Assembly: GCA_964016885.1 (NCBI GenBank)
Contig: OZ024748.1
Location: 13,950,001-14,014,000 of the forward strand
Direction: 5' to 3'
DNA from: Eledone cirrhosa
Taxonomy: Eukaryota
DNA length: 64,000 nucleotides
Shown: positions 1 to 13,285 of the stretch, in pieces
How the letters are laid out: each line of letters opens with the position of its first letter
How positions within the stretch are numbered: position 1 is the first letter of the stretch
Program-made: the position numbers and the translations under genes
The notes under the pieces: model-generated
Seen by the model: the letters and a program-made list of their open reading frames with translations, nothing else
The model's database searches: none
Told to the model about the DNA's origin: nothing

Positions 1-64
1 TCAAGGCAATTTCCAAATATGGCACAGGCTAATGGGTGCAACCAGGAAAAAAAAATCGTGTTTT

Positions 65-124
<60 letters not shown>

Positions 125-125
<1 letters not shown>

Positions 126-339
126 GAACGATCGACTTTCGTCAAATCGGACCGAGGGAATAATGTTTCCGTTAGTCTTTCCAATTGCTAATGCTATCTA
201 TCGGTCGCAACTCCAGGTAGAAGGAGCAATGTGAAATAAAGTGTCTTGCTCAAGGACATAACGCATCACCTGGTCCAGGAATCGAACTCACAACCTTACG
301 ATTGCGAATCCAATTCTCTAACCACTCAGCCACACGCCT

Positions 340-340
<1 letters not shown>
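125..340 (-). mobile_element. tRNA-derived SINE with CORE-like domain
   Basis: Minus strand reads AGGCGTGTGGCTGAGTGGTTAGA (A box) ... GTGAGTTCGATTCC (B box) ... TGTCCTTGAGCAAGACACTTTATTTCAC. Degenerate relatives at 57845-58230. Confidence 0.75.
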
Positions 341-376
<36 letters not shown>

Positions 377-529
377 TATATATATATATATATATAGCTG
401 TATTTATCCTTTGTGATTCTGTCTCTATGTTTGTACTCCTGGAGAAGAGCTAAACCTGACACGTCGAACGTTCTTCCCCCTTTTCCATGTAAAGACATTT
501 TTGTACCTCTGATTGTCATTTCCTTGAAC

Positions 530-602
<73 letters not shown>

Positions 603-716
603 TTGATCATAAATAGGATAAGACAGATACGTAGATGCATAGAAATATTCCTATACATTGATTTCTTGTTAGATTTATACCCACCCGTACTTCAATCTAT
701 CTTATTTCTCATTCTT

Positions 717-753
717 TCTTCTGATGAAGGACTACCATCCGAAACCTCAAGAC
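717..753 (+). ncRNA. Minimal type I hammerhead ribozyme motif (degenerate) in Penelope-like terminal repeat fragment 640-838
   Basis: TCTT-CTGATGA-AGGACTACCATCC-GAAA-CCTC-AAGA. Flanks are homologous to 36490-36645. Confidence 0.6.
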
Positions 754-837
754 CCTCTTCTTGTTATTTCAAGCGTTAACGTAATATATTCCTTCCATAT
801 ACTGTACTGATCGTGTTGTTATTTCTGTTTACTTTTT

Positions 838-879
<42 letters not shown>

Positions 880-880
<1 letters not shown>

Positions 881-1404
881 AGGACTAATTTTATTCATAT
901 GTAACCCATTTGCAACCACGCAGCACGCCATTTTTTCATATATTTATATATTTTCCTCCTCTGTAACCCGTCTGTTTCTTTCTTACTGCTTCCCTTTTCT
1001 CTGTATCTCTCACTTTCTTTTTACCCCCTCTGCCAGCCTCTCTCTGTTAGCCTCTTCCTCACACTTTCACTCACTCACTCTCTGCTACTCCTTCTCCATC
1101 ACTTCCTCCCGTTTGACCTGTACGAAATTCTTTCTCACTCACATTTCAACCAGGTTGGATGGTTTTTATCTCTCGTCTACGATTTCACAGAACTTATGTT
1201 CACCGATTTCAAAGACTTGACTCCTTCTTCCTCACTTTTCGTTGCTTTACCATCTTTGATTGTTTACTGTCTGGCTCGTTCCCCCTATTTACGTGTCCCA
1301 ACGACTTTCTTTAGCCGTTACTCGCACCAACCAGAGGTTTATGATCTTTAAAGCGATGAAATACCAATGAAGGCTGGAAGATCACTGATGAAGGACTAAT
1401 TTTA

Positions 1405-1410
<6 letters not shown>
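880..1410 (+). mobile_element. 511-bp unit with 21-bp terminal direct repeat between microsatellites; probable Penelope-like terminal remnant
   Basis: AAGGACTAATTTTATTCATAT at 880 and 1391. The 3' part resembles 5630-5970 (GCGATGAAATACC...ATCACTGATGA(A/G)GGACT). Confidence 0.45.
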
Positions 1411-1442
<32 letters not shown>

Positions 1443-1478
1443 GTATTCCGTAGAAAGGGTAAAGGAAGGGCTATTTAT

Positions 1479-1668
1479 TTATGTAATAAACAACACAATA
1501 CAATTATTCCATTTACCAAAGGTTTTACGAAGACAGGCGAGCTCAACAGAGACGTCTGAAATCGTTCATCATTCATTCTGATGGACGATTTCAGACGTCT
1601 CTGTTGAGCTCGCCTGTCTTCGTGAAACCTTTGGTAAATAGAATAATTGTATTGTGTTGTTTATTACA

Positions 1669-1671
<3 letters not shown>
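1479..1671. repeat. Fold-back palindrome (93-bp arms, 7-nt loop) containing a hammerhead motif
   Basis: 1479-1571 is the reverse complement of 1579-1671 with about 3 mismatches. TTCATT-CTGATG(G/A)-ACGA...TCGT-GAAA-CCTTTGGTA-AAT(A/G)GA at 1572-1642. Confidence 0.85.
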
Positions 1672-1758
<87 letters not shown>

Positions 1759-2086
1759 GAAGAGAAAGAGAGAAAGGAAGAGAGCAACAGCGAGAGTGTG
1801 GTGGAGAAAGATAGAAAGAGGGTGTGAGAGAGACCATCAAAAGGAAACTTATTCCAGTCTTCCCTAATCACGCGTACCACTGTAAATCATATTGTCATTT
1901 CGTCATAATTTTCTATGATATATTCAATTACTGTATTGCCACGCAGTAATCACTGCTATTGTAGAGTTGTCACTCAGAATTTTCTTCAGGGAACTCTCAG
2001 GAAATCGATATCAATACACAACATCTCAACATAACAATCTCGCAATGAAACAATACCGAATAAAAAAAATAACATATTAAGCAATA

Positions 2087-2305
2087 TGGTTTCTTATAGA
2101 GGCACAAGGCCAGCAATTTTGGGGGTAGGGGAAAGTAGATTAAATCGACCTCAGTGTATTACTGGTACTTTATCTTTATCGATTCCGTATGGATGAATGG
2201 CAAAGCTAACCTCGGCGGTATTTGAACTCAGAACATAAGGGGCTGTAACTCTATGCTGTAAAGCATGGTGTCCGACTATCTACCGATACTGCTAATCCAC
2301 CGACC
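2087..2305 (-). mobile_element. tRNA-derived Nin/Deu-domain SINE (long variant)
   Basis: Reverse complement of the family consensus GGCGGTGGATTGGCAGTATCGG...GAGTTCAAAT...GCCTTTCATCC...GTCGATAAA..AAGTACCAG...GCTGGCCTTGTGCC. Confidence 0.85.
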
Positions 2306-2345
2306 TTATAATAATACAAATAAAATATTAACTAAATACACAATA

Positions 2346-2428
2346 TATTGGATCGTCAAGTATGATATTTGTAGAAATTTCTTATTTTTCTATAAATTTC
2401 CACAAATTCCACACTTGACGACCTAATA
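2346..2428. mobile_element. ~85-bp MITE with ~18-bp TIRs
   Basis: TATTGGATCGTCAAGTAT ... ACACTTGACGACCTAATA. Second copy at 25382-25468. Confidence 0.65.
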
Positions 2429-2583
2429 ATAACATATTCAAAACAAAATATCAACACAATACATAACATTGAACAATACATAAGAAACAATAACATTAAA
2501 ACAATACACAATAAAAACAAAAACATCAACCCAATATAACAACATTGCACAAGTCAAATACAATATAAATAATATATTAATAT

Positions 2584-2772
2584 AATTGTTTCTACGTTAG
2601 GCACAAGGCCAGCAATTACCCAGTGTATTACTGGTACTTTATTTTATCGACCCCGTAAGGATGAAAGTCAAATTTAACCTTGGCGGGATTTGAACTCAGA
2701 ATGGCAAGGGCCGTAACTCTATGCGTCAAAGCATGGCGTCCGACCCTCTACCGATACTGCCAATCCACCGCC
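2584..2772 (-). mobile_element. Nin/Deu-domain SINE, full length with TSD
   Basis: Family consensus match. AATAATATATTAATATAAT on both sides (2568-2586, 2773-2791). Confidence 0.92.
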
Positions 2773-3922
2773 AATAATATATTAATATAATGTACAATAA
2801 AGATTCAATTTCATAATGATAGAGAAACTATCACATCACACATATAAAAACATCTCATAACATATCAAAATCATAACAGTACCTAACAAACAATAACACA
2901 ATAATGTAATAAAGAGCAACATTATAAAACGTAATGAAATCATACAACTTTAGTAAAGAAGGATTCTTAGTTGAAATGTTCCAAAATGGTGGCCCTGTTA
3001 CGCTACTTTGCACAAATTATTTACGAACAGCCTAACTTCTGCAATTGCTGTTGAGCTAGTAATGTAAAGTTGGTGACGCATACATTGTAGAGGGTCGTGG
3101 TGCTGGTGAGTGTCTTTGATTTTGGTGGTGGCGGGGAGCGTTTTTCGTTATGGTGGTGGTGGAGAGTGTCTTTGGTTATAGTGATGGAGGTGGTGGAATA
3201 AAGCTAAATATTATCAAATGTATAATTGTGATTTGAAATAGAAAGGTCTTCTCTGCATTTAAACATTGCACTTCATTCCTGAATTACTGGTGCTTTATAG
3301 CCGAACATACGATGACGAGAAAACACTACACTAGCCATTGCTTTTCAATGTTAGAACTGGTGGTTCTTATCATTAAAACAGCCTCAACTTTCTCGTTGGA
3401 TGACAGCTAAAACTGCATAAATTTCAATTTCGCAGTTTCAATGGTTATTGTAGAAAATATATTTACTTGGGGTACAATTTAACGTTACTTTCTCATAAAA
3501 AAAGGTAAGAAAAAAGCAATTGTTCAGTTAATGTTAACACACTGAACGTAAGTAGAAAAGTTTTTTTTTTCTTTATGTGGAACGGAGTGAATTCCATCTT
3601 GTCTCTTCGTTACCGAATCATGTCCAGTTTGTTATTTTATATAGGTAGCTGTACAAGGGAGGAAACCTATCTCTTCACAGTGCAAATGATGATTGATTGT
3701 CTACATTTTTTCTACAACAAATTAGAATGCGATCCTAGCCACCATCTTTACACTCACGAATGAAAATAAACAAAGAAACGACAATATGATTCCCGTGCCA
3801 GAAAACTGACATTATTGAAGGCAGCAACAGGTGTTCAGTAAGATCTCCTCCACCATTTTCTATCTATCTATCTATCACTATCTTTCTCACGCTCTCCCTG
3901 GCTCTCTCACTTACTACTACCC

Positions 3923-3924
<2 letters not shown>

Positions 3925-3974
<50 letters not shown>

Positions 3975-4026
3975 CCTGGCTCTCCCTCTCGCTCTCTCAC
4001 TTGCTACTACCCATATGTGTATGTAT

Positions 4027-4059
<33 letters not shown>

Positions 4060-4346
4060 AACACATATATACATATATAAATACATATATGCATATAAAA
4101 ATATATATATGCATATAAAAATACACATATACATATATATATACATATATATATATATATAAATACATATATATATATATATATAAATACATATATATAT
4201 ATATATATATAAATACCTATATATATAAATACCTATATATATAAATACATATATATATATAAATATATAAATACATATAAATATATAAATACATATATAT
4301 ATATAAATACATATATATATATAAATACATATATATATATAAATAC

Positions 4347-4413
<67 letters not shown>

Positions 4414-4432
4414 CATATATATATATAAATAC

Positions 4433-4471
<39 letters not shown>

Positions 4472-4510
4472 CATTTATATATATACACATACGTATATAT
4501 ATATTTACAT

Positions 4511-4560
<50 letters not shown>

Positions 4561-4735
4561 GAATATATAAGTATTCCAATCTATCCTGTATCTCCCATCA
4601 TGTCTATGGCCCAGTACACACTTCACACAGAAACACAGACACACAAACACCCTCACACACACATACACACGCACGTACACATGCACACACGCACGCACAT
4701 ACGTGCACACACACACACACACGCACACGCACACT
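3925..4735. repeat. Compound (TA)n/(TACA)/(CA)n microsatellite
   Basis: Direct reading. Confidence 0.95.
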
Positions 4736-5964
4736 GGCAGAGGATAATCAAGATTAATGCCTGATTTGTAAAGGTTTTTATTTCTTTAGGTTTACACCTC
4801 TAAAAAGTGGTTCGTTATCTGGTATCCAGCCCCTTAAGTCATCAACAAAAGAGAATAAAAATCAACAACAAAGTGAAAACTTGACTGCTTTTCATTTCTA
4901 ATTTGAAAACTGTTCTGACTTCAACTTTTGTGTTTCTCCATGTCAGAGTCTTGGCACCTTATCTATGCAGAGCATTGCAAAGACCATTAAAGCTAGGGTT
5001 TGGCAACCTCGTTATAGCACCTGACAAAAGCACGATCAAATAAGATAAAATAAAATGAGAATAAAAATAAATAATAAATAAATTGCCAGTTTTTCCCCAA
5101 CATTTTCCTGTGTTTATTCCAGTTCTAAACCTACCGAGGTCAACGTTTGCCTATTATAGTTTCTCGGCAAAATAATGCACTACATTGAATGAGAAAATTA
5201 ATGAGGAGGCTTCGCAGAGTTGCTACAACAAGAGTCATAAAAATAAATAATATTAACTTACTGTGTTCTCCCCGCTCTTTACGTTCAGAGTAGTGAGGTC
5301 AAATACATATATACATATATACACGCACACACAAACACAAACACACACACATGCATATACATACATATGTATATATATATATATATTACCAAAAGATAAT
5401 GAAATGAAAAGACTGGCATTTCCCGAAGACATTGTTTTCTTTTCTGCCCCTGCTAAATCTCCTATATCTATCTATTTCTTCTGTAAATTTTCATTCTATT
5501 TCCCGATGCAGGACTAATCTCCGAAACGTTAAGACTATTAAAAGTATATTAAGCGTGAAACTAATATTTATCTTCATTGAACGTCATCATCTGTTGTATT
5601 TTATTCGTTTAATTTTCATATACATATATATGACGGTTTTCCTTCTTTCTAACACCGGATTCACTAGCGAAAGGTCTGTTTCTGACTCGCGCATATATTC
5701 ACACAGCTTATGCTGAAAGAATAACTATGTTGTTGTGTTTATTTCCATCTTCGGTTACCTTCCCCCTGTGTTGTTTACTTGTCTCACTCGCTTTACGCGT
5801 TTCTATTGTCCTAATAACTTATTTTAGTTATTATCGCTCCAACGTGAGGTATATGATTTTTAATGCGATGAAATACCCATGATCGTTTGGTAAATCACTG
5901 ATGAGGGACTCATTTTATAACATGTTATCCATGTGCAACCACCAGTATTCTTCTCACCCATATT

Positions 5965-5996
<32 letters not shown>

Positions 5997-6000
<4 letters not shown>

Positions 6001-6141
6001 ATAAAAAATGTGAAGACTAAAATCCGAAGAGGGCTCAATAAGGATTATATATATAAGCAAATATTTATTAAAATAACAGATTAAACGGGATCTTCTGAAG
6101 ATCCCGTCAAGGGCGAAAGCAGCGATTCTTTTCTTAAACAT
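5997..6141. mobile_element. Rearranged fragment of a TA-associated family with HHR-like core (relatives at 22983-23210, 43960-44140, 44780-44960)
   Basis: CTGAAGA-TCCCGTCAAGGGC-GAAA at 6095-6118, preceded by an inverted piece of the same family. Mini-palindrome at 6085-6107. Confidence 0.6.
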
Positions 6142-6330
6142 TAATATGTTATTTTAATGAATATATATTTCACTCTCTCTCTCTCACTCTCACACACACA
6201 CTCTCTCTCTCATCCTCTCTCCCTTTCTCTCTCTCAACATATTTGTGTATGTGTGTGTTTATTTAGATATATAACTAGATTCATAGATAGATATATTCAT
6301 AGATAGATAGATATTATTATATGTTAGTTA

Positions 6331-6520
6331 GGGCGGTGGATTGGCAGTATCGGTGGAGGGTCAGACACCATGCTTAGACGTATAGAGTTACGGCCCTTGC
6401 CATTCTGAGTTCAAATAGCGCTGAGGTTAACTTTGCCCTTCATCCTTACGGGGTCGATAAAATAAAGTACCAGTAAAACTCTGGGTAATTGCTGGCCTTG
6501 TGCCAAAAGTAGAAACAATT
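6331..6520 (+). mobile_element. Nin/Deu-domain SINE with TSD
   Basis: Consensus match. ATGTTAGTT on both flanks. Confidence 0.92.
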
Positions 6521-6815
6521 ACTACATGTTAGTTTCAATTTAAAAGCTCCAAAACATGTTTTTTTTAAACTATGAAAGATATTCTAGAAAGTTAGGCATA
6601 TGAGACGCTAAGAATGAGAAAATGGCCATTGTGGGACTCGAGCTCACACGTTTTATTTAATGGATGTACTATCCATTTATTTCCATCTCTAGCGAGTTAC
6701 ATGCACATCTTTGATTATTTTCTAGGGCAAGATGCTACACTGCACCTGTTTGTTTCCTTTCAGCTAATATCATTTCAAATGCTATTTCTGCTCAACCTTT
6801 CCGAAAATAAGGTCG

Positions 6816-6817
<2 letters not shown>

Positions 6818-6870
<53 letters not shown>

Positions 6871-6875
6871 GCATG

Positions 6876-6908
<33 letters not shown>

Positions 6909-7265
6909 ATATTTATACATACATATATATATTTATACATACATATATATATATTTTTATACATATATATATATTTATATACATATATATATATATTTAT
7001 ATACATGTATATACATATATATATATATATACACACATATATATATATATATACACATATATATATATATATATATACATATATTTATACATACATATAT
7101 ATATTTATACATACATACATATACATTTATACATACATATATATATATTTATACATACATATATATATTTATACATACATACATATACATATATATTTAT
7201 ACATACATATATATATATTTATACATACATATATATATATATATAATATATATATATATACACGT

Positions 7266-7314
<49 letters not shown>

Positions 7315-7326
7315 ACGTACACACAC

Positions 7327-7374
<48 letters not shown>

Positions 7375-7375
7375 T
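6818..7375. repeat. Compound (TA)n microsatellite
   Basis: Direct reading. Confidence 0.95.
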
Positions 7376-7696
7376 TGACCTATAACATTCACGTTTATAA
7401 AAACTCATAATAATCGAGAACAATATATACATATCTAACAAACACTAACAGTCATACACTTACATATGCACTTACACACTTACGCAGGAACACACATGCC
7501 ATACAGGTTTATATAAGTTTATAAGTATAATTTGCTCTTTGTTTAACTCTATAATATATCCGTGCGCATCCTTGCATTATTCAATATTAATGGGCCGTGA
7601 GCTCTTTGTAAGCATTTTGTATAAACATAAAGATTAAAATATATTTATTATTTACCGACACATAAAACATACATAAGCGCACATACATATGTGTCG

Positions 7697-7753
<57 letters not shown>

Positions 7754-7848
7754 TACATACATAGATAGACAGATAGATAGATAGATATGTACATACATAT
7801 ACAAACACATATACTAACACATATACATAGATGCATGCATACACACAC

Positions 7849-7905
<57 letters not shown>

Positions 7906-9213
7906 AACTTACTGGCCACATTGTGCAGGGATACTATGGAAGAGAATAAAGAACAAGAAGGGAGCTAAACTACAAAACGACCTATTATATATATGATTCG
8001 TACATCAGGTTCTCAGAAAATCGAGAAAACAATTGCTATATCGAAGATCATGTCACGATAGAGAAAAGTGTTTAAAGCACAAGTTCATGTGGTAAAGATC
8101 AAAGTTAGTAAAAGACATTATCCATGCAAGGGATATTTTTGAATCGATAAAAAGACAAGTAATTCTTCTGAATTAAAACGAATGTCAGCATATATAGAAA
8201 TATTTTAAACTGTTTCAGCCTGTCTGAAGAATAAAACTGACCTTCTGAAAGACTATCGTGTGTTGGTATTTGTTCAATGGTAATGCGAAACACCAGAGGT
8301 GAGTATTATGAATTCTTACTCTCATTAAATATTTTATGGCTTAAGTAAAAATGTGTATATATGGAGCGTATGAGATACATCTGTGCGTATCTGAGAGCGT
8401 GCGTGTGTGAGAGCATGTGTGTGCGTGTATGTTTGAATATGTGTCTGTACGTGTGTATGTGCGTGTGTGTATATGTTTGTAGGTGAGTGTGTATGCTTGT
8501 ATGAGAATGTCCGTGTCTGTGTGTGTGTCTGTGTGGATAGGTATATGCGTGTGGGTGTGTTCGCGTGCTTGTATGTGTGTGTGAGGAAATTGAAAAAGAA
8601 GGCAAAGAAGAATGAGAAGAAGGCAAAGAAAGCAAAGAAGATGAATGCAAAGAAGAAGAAAAAGAAAAAAGAAGAAGAAGAAAAAGGATGAAAAGAAAAC
8701 GAAGAAGTAAAATTTAAAAAAAAAATAAAATAAAATAAAATAAACAAAGAAAAAGAAAAAGAAGCATCTCAGTCGAAATATATGTGAAACCTAAATATGC
8801 ATTAATATGAGCTTATTGGAGTAAATTAATAACAAATCTATTTTTGTAGATATTTGTAAGTCTATCAGCAGACAGATTAAAGTTAATTTGTGATATTATT
8901 TAAATAGAGATTTAGTAGTATAATTAATATGCAATTATGAAACCGTGTGTTGGCAACAGAACTTCTCAAGTCAAATATTTATCACTGATACTCTGTCTAA
9001 TTAGACTGAAGATAGGTTTACTCATCAATATATTATGATTCGGCAAAACAATATATAAATAGTTATAAATGTAGACGATCACAGACATATATATATATAC
9101 ATACATACATACATATATATACACATGCATACATACATATATTTATATACACCTGCATACCTACATTTATATATATATAATCATTTATATAAGTATAACC
9201 AATCTCTTATATA

Positions 9214-9270
9214 TTTTATCTGATGAAAACGTACTGAAACACCATTGTACCTTTGAAATATGTATAATAA
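9214..9270 (+). ncRNA. Type I hammerhead motif (related to the 43741 family)
   Basis: TTTTAT-CTGATGA-AAACGTAC...GTACCTTT-GAAA-TATGTATA-ATAA. Confidence 0.55.
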
Positions 9271-9335
9271 CATATACACTTTGGTTATGATATTATTTCT
9301 CATTTATTAATATTCTGAATATTATATATATCTAT

Positions 9336-10124
9336 CTAGGGCGGGTAAAATTCCCGAGATCCATGAACGAGTTCTCTCCAGTGGTCTCTGTCCCTCATTA
9401 TCGCTGCCATGTCCTGCGTCTCCAACAGACCAGTGCCTGTCCTTAGGGCATCAACATACGTTAACCTTGGTCTTCCTCTTCCAGTGTGCTCCCACAGGAG
9501 CACTGAGTGCAATGTCAACTCTGGATGTCGGTGAGCAAGTCCAGCTAATCTCAGTCTCCTCTGTGTCACTTTTGAGCTGACTTTTGGGAGATGCTGAATT
9601 TGCCGACGACATAGTTTTGGTGACAAATACAGTGAAGGAGGCAGAGGATTTGATGCGGGAGGTTGAGACTGTGTCGATGAGTATGGGGCTGTGAATGAAT
9701 GAGACTAAAACAAAATATCTGGTAGAAAATGTTGAGAAGCCAGAGGGGATCACTAATGTAGGCGGGAAGCCGCTAGAATTGGTTGAGGGCTTCCTGTATT
9801 CGGGAGCAAAGATTGGGAATACGGAGGATGATGTGGTTGAGAGGAAGAACAAAGTCTGGGCGGCGTGCCACAGCTTGAGATCGGTGTGGAAGTCGGACCT
9901 TCGTGAAGACCTTAAAATCCGCCTCTTCATTGCTGTAGTGGAGTCTGTGCTGCTGTACGGGTCTGAAATTTGGACACTGACCAAGAAACTCACTCAGATG
10001 GTGGATGGGTGCTACACGAGAATACTGAGGATGGCTGTGAACATTAATCAGTATACACTGAGGATGAAAAACTCAGAGTTGTATGGGAGCCTCCCAAAAG
10101 TCAGCTCAAAAGTGACACAGAGGA
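9336..10124 (-). pseudogene. 5'-truncated RTE-clade LINE reverse transcriptase fragment with inverted 5' segment
   Basis: Plus segment 9590-10124 encodes FADDIVL..MGL*MNETKTK..ESVLLYGSEIWTLT..LPKVSSKVTQR. Minus segment 9590-9336 continues LPKVSSKVTQRRLRLAG..GRGRPRLTYVD..DRDHWRELV. In-frame TGA at 9692. Confidence 0.92.
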
Positions 10125-10125
10125 T

Positions 10126-10193
<68 letters not shown>

Positions 10194-10340
10194 CGTGCGT
10201 ATGTAGTTAACGCACTAGAGAAATATTTAATTATTGTGGCTAAGTTATGAGACTTGTTACTCGGGAGTTTCACTTGCGTACACAATCACGTGATACTCCA
10301 GGCGAACAACACTCACTACTTAGCCATAATAAATGAATGC

Positions 10341-10447
<107 letters not shown>

Positions 10448-10778
10448 AAGGACTATATCTTCTGCGGACATTTATTTTAAAATGGCAGTAACAGGGCAGC
10501 ATGCAATAGATTCAGACTCATGCGAAGCCAATCTGATATCAAACACTCACTGTAGGCTTCATAATAACCTAGTTTCGTTGCACCAATCGTTTATAATACA
10601 ATATTTAATAGTTTATAAGCAAGTAGAGAAAACATGGAACGTATATGCGGAATGCGATAGTGACTCGACGAAATGAGACAATACAATACTCAGACAAGAG
10701 GAGCAATCGAAATTGAATTTAATAAAAACAGACCGCTGCCTGGTGCTTAGTAAAGCAACATGATCAAATATTTAATGT

Positions 10779-10830
<52 letters not shown>

Positions 10831-10879
10831 CATACATATATATGAATATACATACATACACACATATATATATATGAAT

Positions 10880-10924
<45 letters not shown>

Positions 10925-11339
10925 TACACATACATACATACATATACATGTATATATAGACACATACATATATATATATATATATATGAATACACATACA
11001 TACATACATATACATGTATATATAGACACATACATACATGCATTTAAGAACAGGAAATTTATCTTCTTTTTCTTATGCAAATCGTGACAGGATTTCACTG
11101 AGATACGTGTTAATACAGATATCTAGGGTAGATGGTAAAATGGAGACAAGTTGTTTCAGTAGAAATATCTACCCCGATATAACGATTTCTAAAGATTTAC
11201 ATTTGAAACACTTCTTTCACTGTTGGGTTTCTGTATTCCATACAATTCCATAAGGAAACAAAGGACCCTCCCATAACACATTACCACACATATAGCAAAC
11301 GTAACCTGATACATACACACACACAGATACACACTCACA

Positions 11340-11640
11340 CATACACACACAAACTTAAAAACAGGAGCACACATACAAACATACTCTCACACACACAAAC
11401 TTACAATCACGAGCACACATACACATACTCTCACACACACAAACTTACAAACACGAGCACACATACACACAAACTTACAAACACGAGCACACATACACAC
11501 ATACACGAGCACACACATACATACACAAATTTACAAACACGAGCACACATACACACATACTCTCACACACACAAACTTATAAACACGAGCACACATACAC
11601 ACATACTCTCACACACAAGCACAAACACTCACAGCCACAA
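11340..11640. repeat. CA-rich minisatellite, unit ~44 bp
   Basis: Recurrent ACACACAAACTTACAAACACGAGCACACATACACACATACTCTC. Confidence 0.85.
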
Positions 11641-11974
11641 CCAAACTGTGTGTGTGTGTGTGTATGTGAATGTATGATTATATACACATATATGTGTGTG
11701 GTGTGTGGTGTGGTGTGTGGGTGCCTGTTAACATATATCTAATCATAAGATTTGTCATGCTATCTATTTCAAAATTCCTCTTGTTATTTATGTCGTTATT
11801 GTTTTCTTCAATTGATATTTGCTTTGTTTCCCTCGGTCGTCGTTCTTGAATTCTCAGTTATTCAATTATCTATATATTTATGATGTCACATTTATTATTT
11901 CCTTTAAATATTTTGCTGGTATCAGTATTAGACTGCGGCCATGCTATGGCATCGGCTTGAAATATTTAAAATAT

Positions 11975-12343
11975 TCTTACGTTCTGAGTTCAAATTCCAC
12001 CGAGGTAAACTTTGTTTCTCATCCTTACGGAGTCGATAAAATAAAGTACCAGTAATACACTGGTTCGATTTAATTGACTTTACCCACCCCAAAAATGGTT
12101 AGCCTTGTGTTTAAATCGGAAACCGTTATTACAGTTTGGGAGAATCGGTAGTTTTATTGTGAATTGGCAGTATCGGTAGAGGGTCGGACGCCATGCTTTC
12201 CAGCATAGTTACGTCCCTTTACGATCTGAGTTCAAATCCCGCCGAGGTTGACTTTGCTTTTCATCCTCACGGGGTCGATAAAATAAAGTACCAGTAATGC
12301 ACTGGGTAATTTGCTGGCCTTGTGCCTAAAGTAGGAACAATTA
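11975..12343 (+). mobile_element. Two tandem Nin/Deu-domain SINE copies (11975-12130 partial long variant; 12158-12343)
   Basis: Consensus matches with B box and Nin core. Confidence 0.88.
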
Positions 12344-12579
12344 TGTATTGCACAACTTTACAACAACACCAAGAATAACACCTCCAACAGCAGCAACAAC
12401 AACAGCAGCTGTTGCTGCAACAACAGCAGCAGCAGCAATGTTCTGCGATGGGTGCTTTTGAAGAGAATCAGTTAATCTCATCTTGATATTATTTATTGAA
12501 TAGTTTTGGATATTTTAAGTTGTGGAAAAGACTTGAGATAACTTGTATTAAAAGATAGCAACGTGTGGTAGTGTTGTGT

Positions 12580-13255
12580 GTGAGAGATAGGGAGTGAGAG
12601 AGAGAGAGAGAGGTAGGAAGTGAGAGAGAGAGGGATAGAGAGTGAGAGAGACAGAGGGAGATGGAGAGAGAGAGAGTGAGAGAGACAGAATGAGAAAAAG
12701 AGAGAGAGCGAGAGAGACAGAAGGGGAAAAAGAGATAGAGCGAAAGAGACAGAATGAGAAAAAGAGAGAGAGCGAGAGAGACAGAAGGGGAAAAAGAGAT
12801 AGAGCGAAAGAGACAAGAGGAGAAAAAGAGAGAGAGCGAGAGAGACAGAAGGGGAAAAAGAGAGAAAGCAAGAGACAGCAGGAGAAAAAAGAGAGTGAGA
12901 CAGAGACAGAAGGGGAAAAAGACAGAGAGCGAGAGAGACAGGAGGAGAAAGAGAGAGAGAGCGAGAGAGACAGAAGGAGAAAAAGAGAGAGAGAGTGAGA
13001 GACAGCAGGAGAAAAAGAGAGAGAGCGAGAGAGACAAGAGAAAAAAGAGAGAGAGCGAGAGTGACAGAAGGAGAAAAAGAGAGAGAGCGAGAGAGACAGA
13101 AGGAGAAAGAGAGAGATAGTGCGAGAGAGACAGGAGGAGAAAGAGAGAGATAGTGCGAGAGAGACAGAGAGAGACAATGGGAGAGAGAGCGAGAGGGACA
13201 GAAGGAGAAAAATAGAGAGCGAGATGAAGAGAGAGACAGTGGGAGAGAGAAAGTC
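12580..13255. repeat. GA-rich low-complexity minisatellite (~30-34 bp units)
   Basis: Repeated GAGAGAGCGAGAGAGACAGAAGGAGAAAAA variants. Confidence 0.9.
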
Positions 13256-13285
13256 AGACAGGCGTGGTGGCCATGAGGTGGTTGT

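Noticed and set aside
255-340. tRNA gene
   Set aside because: A and B boxes are present but there is no complete cloverleaf, and the sequence continues into a SINE body.
1385-1410. CTGATGA at 1385 (and 5898) as hammerheads
   Set aside because: No paired stem II or downstream GAAA found.
9451-9993. 180-aa minus-strand ORF
   Set aside because: Antisense shadow of the RTE reverse transcriptase fragment.
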